In this document: one piece after another, positions 56,401 to 64,000 of the stretch | Position numbering within the stretch: the stretch's first letter is position 1 | Layout of the letters: the number at the start of each line of letters is the position of its first letter | DNA from: the human T2T-CHM13v2.0 reference genome, Homo sapiens | Assembly: GCF_009914755.1 (NCBI RefSeq) | Contig: NC_060944.1 | Reading direction: 5' to 3' (one strand) | Length of the DNA stretch: 64,000 nucleotides | Translations under genes and position numbers: made by a program | Notes under the pieces: model-generated | Database searches by the model: none | Told to the model about the DNA's origin: nothing | Seen by the model: the letters and a program-made list of their open reading frames with translations, nothing else

Positions 56401-59400
56401 GTGCATTGAACTCACAGTGTTGAACATATCTTTTGATTGGACAGTTTGGATTCTCTCTTTTTGTAGAATCTGCAAGTGGATATTTGGAGCCCTATTTCGC
56501 CCTATGGTGGGAAAGGAAATATCTTCAAACAAAAACTACACAGAAGCATTCTGAGAAACTTCTTTGTGATGTGTGCCTTCACTTCACAGAGTTGAACCTT
56601 TCTTTTGATTGAGCAGTTTTGAAACACTCTTTTCGTAGAATCTGGAAGTCGATATTTGCAGGGCTTTGAGGCCTATTTTGGAGAAGGAGATATCTTCACA
56701 TAAAAACTACGCAGAAGCATGCTGAGAAACTTCTTTGGGAGGTGTGCATTCAACTCACAGAGTTGAACCTATCTTTTGATTGAATAGTTTTGAATCTGTT
56801 TTTGCAGAATCTGCAAGTGGATATTTGGAGTGCTTTGAGGCCTACTGTGTAAAGTCAAATATCTTGACATAAAAACTACACAGAAGCATTCTGAGAAACT
56901 TCTTTGTGATGTGTGCATGCAACTCACAGAGTTGAACCCAATTTTTATTGAGCTGTTTTGAAGCTCTCTTTTTGTAGAATCTGCAAGTGGATACTTAGAG
57001 CCCTTTGCGCCCTGTGGTGGAAAAGGAAATAACTTCAAATGAAAACTACACAGAAGCATTCAGAGAAACTTGTTTGTGATGAGTGCATTCATTACACAGA
57101 GTTGAAACTTTATTTTTATTGAGCAGTTTTGAAAAACTCTTTTTGCAGAATCAGCAAGTGGACATTTGGAGAGCTTTGAGGCCTACTGTTGAAAAGGAAA
57201 TATCTTCAAATAAAAACTACACAGAAGCATTCTAAGAAACTTCTTTCTGATGTGTGCATTCATCTCACAGGGTTGAACCTATCTTATGATTGAGCAGTTA
57301 TGAAACACTCTTCACATAAAAACTATACAGAAGCATTCTTAGAAACTTCTTTGGAATGTGTATTTTCAACTCACAGAGTTGAACATATCTTTTGATTGAG
57401 CAGTTTTGAAATTCTCTTTTTGTAGAATCTTCATGTGGATATTTGGAGCCCTTTGCGGCCTATTTTGGTAAAGGAAATGTCATCAAATAAATACTACACA
57501 GAAGCATTCAGAGAAACAATTTTGTGGTGAGTATATTTAACACAGAGAGTTGAACCTTTCCTTTGATTGAGCAGTTTTGAAACATTCTTTTTGAAGAATA
57601 TGCAAGTGGATATTTTAGAGCTTTGCATTCACTTGTGGAAAAGGAAATATCTTCACACAAAAACTACACAGAAGGATTCTGAGAAACTTCTTTGTGATGT
57701 GTGCATTCATCTCACAGAGTTGAACCTTTCTTTTGATTGAGCAGTTTTGAAACACTCTTTTTGTAGAATCTGGAGGTGGATATTTGGAGCCTTTCAAGGC
57801 CTATTGTGGAAAAGGAAATATCTTCACATTAAAACTACACAGAAGCATTCTGAGAAACTTCTTTTTGATGTGTGCATTACACTCACATAACTGAACCTAT
57901 CTTTTGATTGAGCAGTTTAGAACCTCTCTTTTTGTAGAATATGCAAGTGGATATTTGGAGCCCTTTTTCATCCTATGGTGGAAAAGGAAATATCTTCAAA
58001 TAAAAACTACACAGAAGCATTCAGAGAAACTTCTCTGTGATAAGTGCTTTCATCACACAGAGTTGAGTCTTTCTTTTTATTGAGCAGTTTTGAAACACTC
58101 TTTTTCAAAAATCTGCAAGTGTATATTTACAGCGATTTGTGGCCTATGGTGGAAAAGGAAATATCTTCAAATAAAAGCTACACAGAATCATACTGAGAAA
58201 CTTCTTTGTGATGTGTGCATTCATCTCAGAGGGTTAAACCTATCTTATGATTGAGCAGTTTTGAAACACTCTTTTTATATAATCTGAAAGTGAATATTTG
58301 CAGTGCTTTCCGGCCTACTGTGGAAAAGGAAATATTTTCACATAAAAACTACACAGAAGCAGTCTGAGAAACTTATTTGTGATGTGTGCTTTCAACCCAC
58401 AGTGTTGAACCTACCTTTTGATTGAGCAGTTGTGAAAGTCTCTTCTTGTAGAATCTGCAAGTGGATATTTGGAGCTCTTTGCGGCCTACAGTGGAAAAGA
58501 TAATATCTTCAAATAAATACTACACAGAAGCATTCAGAGAAACTTCTTTGTGGTGAGTGCAGTCATCACACGGAGTTGAACCTTTGATTTGATTGAGCAA
58601 TTTTGAAACACACTTTTTGTAGAATCTGCATGTGGACATTTGGAGAGGTTTGAGGCCTATTGTGGGAAAGGAAATAGCTTCATATTAAAACTACACAGAA
58701 GCATTCTGAGAAATTTCTTTGTGAAGTGTGCATTCAACTCACAGAACTGAACCCATCTTTTGATTGAGCAGTTTTGAATCTCTCTTTTTTCAAAATCTGC
58801 AAGTGGATATTTGAAGCGCTTTGTGGCCTACTGAGGAAAATCAAATATCTTCACATAAAAACTACACAGAAGCATTCTGAGAAACTTCTTTGTGATGTGT
58901 CCATTCAACTCACAGAGTTGAACCTATCTTTCGATTGAGAAGTTTTGTATCTTTATTTTTGTAGAATCTGCAAGTGGATATTTGGAGCTCTTTGCAGCCT
59001 ATGGTGCAAAAGGAAATATCTTCAAATAAAAACTACACAGATGCATTCTGAGAAACTGCTTTGTGATGTGTGCATTCATCTCACAGGGTTGAACCTATCT
59101 TATGATTGAGCAGTTTTGAAACAATCTTTTTGTAGAGTCTGCAGGTGCATATTTGGAGCGCTTTGAGGCCTACTGTAGAAAAGCAAATATCTTCACATAA
59201 AAACTACACAGAGGCATTCTGAGAAATTTCTTTGGAAGATTTGCATTCATCTCACAGAATTGAACCTTTCTTTTGATTGAGCGGTTTTGAAACACTCTGT
59301 AGAATCTGCAAGTGGATATTTGGAGCTTTTTAGGCCTATTGTTGAAAAGGAAATATCTTCACTTAAAAACAACACAGAAGCATTCTCAGAAACTTCTTTG

Positions 59401-60150
59401 TCATGAGTGCATTCATCTCACAGAGTTGAAAATTTCTTTTGATTGAGCAGTTTTGAAACGGTCTTTTGTAGAATCTGCAAGTGGATATTTGGAGCGATTT
59501 GAGTCCTATTGTGGAAAAGGAAGTATCTTCACATAAAAACTACACAGAAGCATTCTGAGAAACTCCTTTGGGATGTGTGCATTCAACTCACAGAATGGAA
59601 CCTATCTTATGATTGAGCATCTTTGAATCTCTCTTTTTGCAGAATATGTAACCGGATATTTGGAGAGCTTTGAGGCCTATTGAGGAAAAGGAAATATCTT
59701 CACATAAAAACTACACAGAAGCATTCTGCGAAACTTCTTGTTATGTGTGCATTCAACTCACAGTGTTGAACCTGTCTTTTGATTCAGCAGTTTCGACTCT
59801 GTCTTTTTGTAGAATCAGCAAGTGGATATTTGGAGCCCTTTGCACCCTGTGGAGGAAAAGGAAATATCTTAAAAAAAAAAAAAACCCTACACGGAAGTAT
59901 TCTGGGGAAATTCTTTGAGATGAGTGCATTCATCACACAGAGTTGAACCTTTCTATTGACTGAGTAGTTTTGAAACACTCTTTTGTAGAATCTGGAAGTG
60001 GATATTTGAAGGGCTTTGAGGTCTATTTTGAAAAAGAAATATCTTCAGATAAAAACTACACAGAAGTATTCTGGGAAACTTCGTTGTTATGCGTGCATAC
60101 AACTCACAGATTTGAACCTATCTTTTGATAGAGCAGTTTTGAAACTCTCT
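47416..60150 (+). repeat. Alpha satellite, A-type AAACTACACAGAAG variant (SF4-like) with divergent multimer duplications
   Basis: 171-bp period, CATTCTGAGAAAC, no CENP-B boxes seen. Rare variants recur at multiples of ~171 bp. Confidence 0.92.
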
Positions 60151-62377
60151 TTTTGTAGAATCTGCAAGTGAATATTTGGAGAGCTTTGTGGCCTATGGTA
60201 GAAAATGAAATACCCTCACATAAAATCTAGACAGAAGCAATCTGAGAAACTTCTTTACGATGTGTGCATTCATCTCACAGTGTTAACCTTTCTTTTGATT
60301 GAGCAGTTTTGAAACTCTCTTTTTGTAGAATCTGCAAGTGGACACTTGGAGCTTTTTGAGGCCTATGGTGGAAAAGGATATATCTTCACATAAAATCTAT
60401 ACAGAAGCAATCTGAGAAACGTCTTTGTGTTGTGCGCATTCATCTCACAGAGCTAAACATTTCTTTTGATTAAGCAGTTTTGAAACTCTTTTTGTAGAAT
60501 CTGCAAATGGACATTTGGAGCGCTTTGAGGCCTATGATGGAAAAGGAAATAACTTCACATAAAAACTAGACAGAAGAATTCAGAGAAACTACTTTGCGAT
60601 GTGAGCGTCCGTCTCTCAGAGTTGAACCTTTTTTTGAAGGACCGGTTTTGAAACTCTCTTTTTGTAGAATATGCAATTGGACATTTGGAGCACTTTGATG
60701 CTTACAGTGGAAAAGAAAATATCTTCACATAAAATCTAGACAGAAGCAGTCTGAGAAGCTTCTTTGTTATGTGTGCAATCATCTCACTGTATTAAACGCT
60801 TCTTTTGATTGAGGAGTTTTGAAAATGTCTTTTTGTAGAATCTGCAAATGGATATTTGGAGCCCTTTGAGGCCTATGGTGGAAAACGAAATATCTTCACA
60901 TAAAAACTAGACAGAAGAATTCTGAGAAACTACTTTGTGATGTGTGCGTTCATCTCACAGAGTTGAACTTTTCTATTTTTTTGAGCAGTTTGGAAACACT
61001 CTTTCTGTAGAATCTGCAAGTGGACATTTGGAGAGTTTTGCGACCAGTGGTGGAAAAGGTAATATCCACACATAAAATCCATACCGACGCAATCTGAGAA
61101 ACTTCTTTCTTTGTGATGTGTGCATTCATATCACTGATTTAAATTTTTCTTTTGATTGAACAGTTTTGAAACTCTCTTTTTGAAGTATCTGCAAGTGGAC
61201 ATTTGGAGCGCTTAAAGGCCTATGGCGGAAAAGGCCATATCTTCACATAAAAAGTAAACAGAAGCAATCTGAGAAACTTCTTTGCAATGTGTGCATTTGT
61301 CTCACAGAGTTAAACTTTTCTTTTGATTGAGGAGTTTTGAAACTCTCTTTTTGTAGAATCCGCAAGTGGATATTTGGAGCGCTTTGAGGCGTACGGTGGA
61401 AAAGGAAATATCTTCACATAAAAACTAGACAGAAGAATTCTGAGAAACATCTTTGTGATGCGTGCATTCATGTCACAGAGTTGAACCTTTCTTTTGATTG
61501 AGCAGTTTGGAAACACTCTTTTTGTAGAATCTGCTAGTGGACATTTGGAGAGCTTTCTGGACTATGGTAGAAAAGGAAATATCTTCAAATAAAATCTAGA
61601 CAGAAACAATCTGAGAAACTACTTTGTGATGTGTGCATTCATCTCATGGAGTTAAACCTTTCTTTTGATAGGGCAGTTTTGAAATTCTCTTTTTGTAGAA
61701 TCTGCAAGTGGACATTTGGGGCTCTATGAGGCCTGTGTTGGAAAAGGAAATATCTTCACATAAAATCTAGACAGAAGCAATTTGAGAAACTTCTTTATGA
61801 TGTGTGCGTTCATCTCACAAAGCTGAAGTTTTCTTTTGATGGAGCAGATTTGAAACTCTCTTTTTGTAGAATTTGCAAGTGGACATTTGGAGCTCTTTGA
61901 GGCCTGCTGTGGAAAAGAAAATATCTTCACATAAAAAGTAGAAGAATTTTGAGAAACTTCTTTGTGATGCATGGGTTCTTCTCACAGAGTTGAACATTCC
62001 TTTTCATTGAGCAGTTTGGAAACACTCTTTTTGTAGAATCCGCAAGTGGACATTTGGAGCGATTTGGTGCCTATGGTAGAAAAGGAAACATTTTCACATA
62101 AATTATAGACAGAAGCAATCAGAGAAACTACTTTGTGATGTGTGCATTCATCTCATAGAGTTAAAACTTTCTTTTGAGTGAGCAGTTTTGAAACTGTCTT
62201 TTTGTAGAATCTGTAAGTGGATATTTGGAGCTTTCTGAGGCCTACGGTGGAAAAAGAAATATCTTCACATAAAAACTAGACAGAAGAATTCTGAGAAACT
62301 TCTTTGTGATGTGTTCATTCATCTCAGAGAGTTGATCCTTTCTTTTGATTGAGCAGTTTTTAAACTCTCTATTTGGG
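60151..62377 (+). repeat. Distinct older alpha layer with two loosely alternating monomer types (possibly SF8/H1H2-like)
   Basis: Monomers with AAATCTAGACAGAAGCAATCTGAG...GTTAAAC alternate loosely with AAAACTAGACAGAAGAATTCTGAG...GCGTTCATC. The family name is inference. Confidence 0.8.
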
Positions 62378-64000
62378 ATATAAAGATATTTGCTTTTCTA
62401 CCATAAGCCACAAAGAGTTCCAAATGTCCACCTGCAGATTCTACAAAAAGAGTGTTTCCAAACTGCTCAATCAAAAGACAGGTTCAGCTCTTTGAGATGA
62501 ACGTACACATCACAGAGAAGTTTCTCAGATTGCTTCTTTCCATATTTTATGTGAAGATATTTCCATTTCTACCATAGGCCACAAAGCGCTCCAAATGTCC
62601 ACTTGCATATTCAAAAAAAAGCGTGTTTCCAAACTGCTCAATCAATAGAAAGGTTCAACTCTCAGAGATGAACGTACACATCACAAAGAAGTTTGTCAGA
62701 ATTGTTCTGTCTAGTTTTTATGTGAAGAGATTTCCTTTTCCAACATAGCCCTCAAAGTGTTCCAAATGTCCACTTGCAGATTATACAAAAAGAGAGTTTC
62801 AAAACTGCTCAATGAAAAGAAAGGTTTAGCACTGTGAGATGAATGCACACATCACAAAGAAGTTTCTCAGATTGCTTCTGTCTAGATTTTATGTGAAGAT
62901 ATTTCCTTTCCTAACATAGGCTGCTAAGCGTTCCAAATGTCCACTTGCAGATGCTACAAAAAGAGTGTTTCCTAACTTCTCAATCAAAAGAAAGGTTCAA
63001 CTGTGTGAGATGAACGCACACATCACTAAGAAGTTTCTCAGAATTCTTCTGTCTAGTTTTTATGTGAAGATATTTCCTTTTCCACCACAGGCATTTAAGC
63101 ACTCCAAATGTCCATGTGCAGATACTTCAAAAAGAGAGTTTCAAAACTGATCAATCAAAAGAAAGGTTTAACTGTGTGAGATGAATAAACACATCACAAA
63201 GAAGTTTGAATGAACACATCACAAAGAAGTTTCTCAGTTGATTTTTTCTAGATTTCATGTGAAGATATTTCGTTTTCTACCATAGGCCGCAAAGAGCTCC
63301 AAATGTCCACTTGCAGATTCTACAAAAAGAGTGTTTCCAAACTGCTCAATCAAAAGAAAGGCTGAACTCCGTGGGATGAATGCACGCATCACAGAGAAGT
63401 TTTTCAGAATTCTTCTGTCTAGTTTTTATGAGAAGATATTTCTTTTTCCACCTTTGGCCTCAAAGCACTCCAAATGTCCACTTGCAGATTCTATAAAAAA
63501 AGAGTTTCAAAACTCTTCAATCAAAAGAAAGTTGTAACTCTGTGAGATGAATGCACACATCACAAAGAAGTTTCTCAGATTACTTCTGTCTAGATTTTAT
63601 GCGAAGATATTTCCTTTTCTACCTAAGGGGGCAAAGTAATCCAAATGTCCACTTGCAGAATCTACAAAAAGAGTGTTTCCAAACTGCTTAACCAAAAGAA
63701 AGCTTCAACTCTGAGAGATGAATACATGCATAACAAAAAAGTTTCTCAGAATTCTTCTGTCTAGTTTTTATGTGAAGATATTTCCTTTTCCACCATAGGC
63801 CTCAAAGTGCTCCAGATGGCCATTTGCAGATTCTACAAAAAGAGAGTTTCAGAACTGCTCAATCAAAAGAAAGTTTTAACTATGTGAGGTGAACGCACAC
63901 ATCGCAAAGAAGTTTCTCAGTTTGCTTCTATCTAGATTTTATCTGAAGATGTTTCCTTTTCTACCATAGGCCACAAAGCACTCCTAATGTCCACTTGCAG
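62378..64000 (-). repeat. Same dimeric-type alpha layer, reverse orientation
   Basis: ctcagattgcttctgtctagatttt and ctcagaattcttctgtctagtttt are the reverse complements of the two monomer types upstream. Confidence 0.88.

Noticed and set aside
59868-59890. A14 run as a possible retroposon tail
   Set aside because: It lies at the monomer's native AAATAAAAA tract with no element body or TSD, so it is a simple homopolymer expansion.

Overview
This is primate (human or great-ape) pericentromeric heterochromatin with no host protein-coding genes. From left to right: (1) alpha satellite with CENP-B boxes (1-12680, SF5-like mixed A/B monomers with local multimer duplications); (2) a 13.9-kb GGAAT/GGAGT HSat3-like array (12681-~26548) punctuated by about 37 copies of a ~55-bp CpG-depleted Alu 3'-end fragment; (3) monomeric alpha satellite in which I saw no CENP-B boxes (~26549-31954); (4) a head-to-tail minus-strand L1PA3-like pair, one 5'-less copy (31955-35754) and one full-length but inactivated copy (35755-~41794), sharing private mutations; (5) older A-type alpha satellite to the end, with a short L1PA2-like insertion carrying a probable 3' transduction (~45054-45274) and a change to a dimeric layer near 60.2 kb. 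Alpha orientation switches four times (~140, across the L1 pair, ~47415, ~62378). Apart from the L1 ORF1/ORF2 remnants, the ORF track reflects repeat artefacts. I found no new gene system. The most unusual structures are the Alu-punctuated pentamer satellite, the L1 pair at an inversion, and repair scars at alpha-monomer palindromes. Subfamily names come from remembered consensus features and counts were made by eye; both need computational confirmation.
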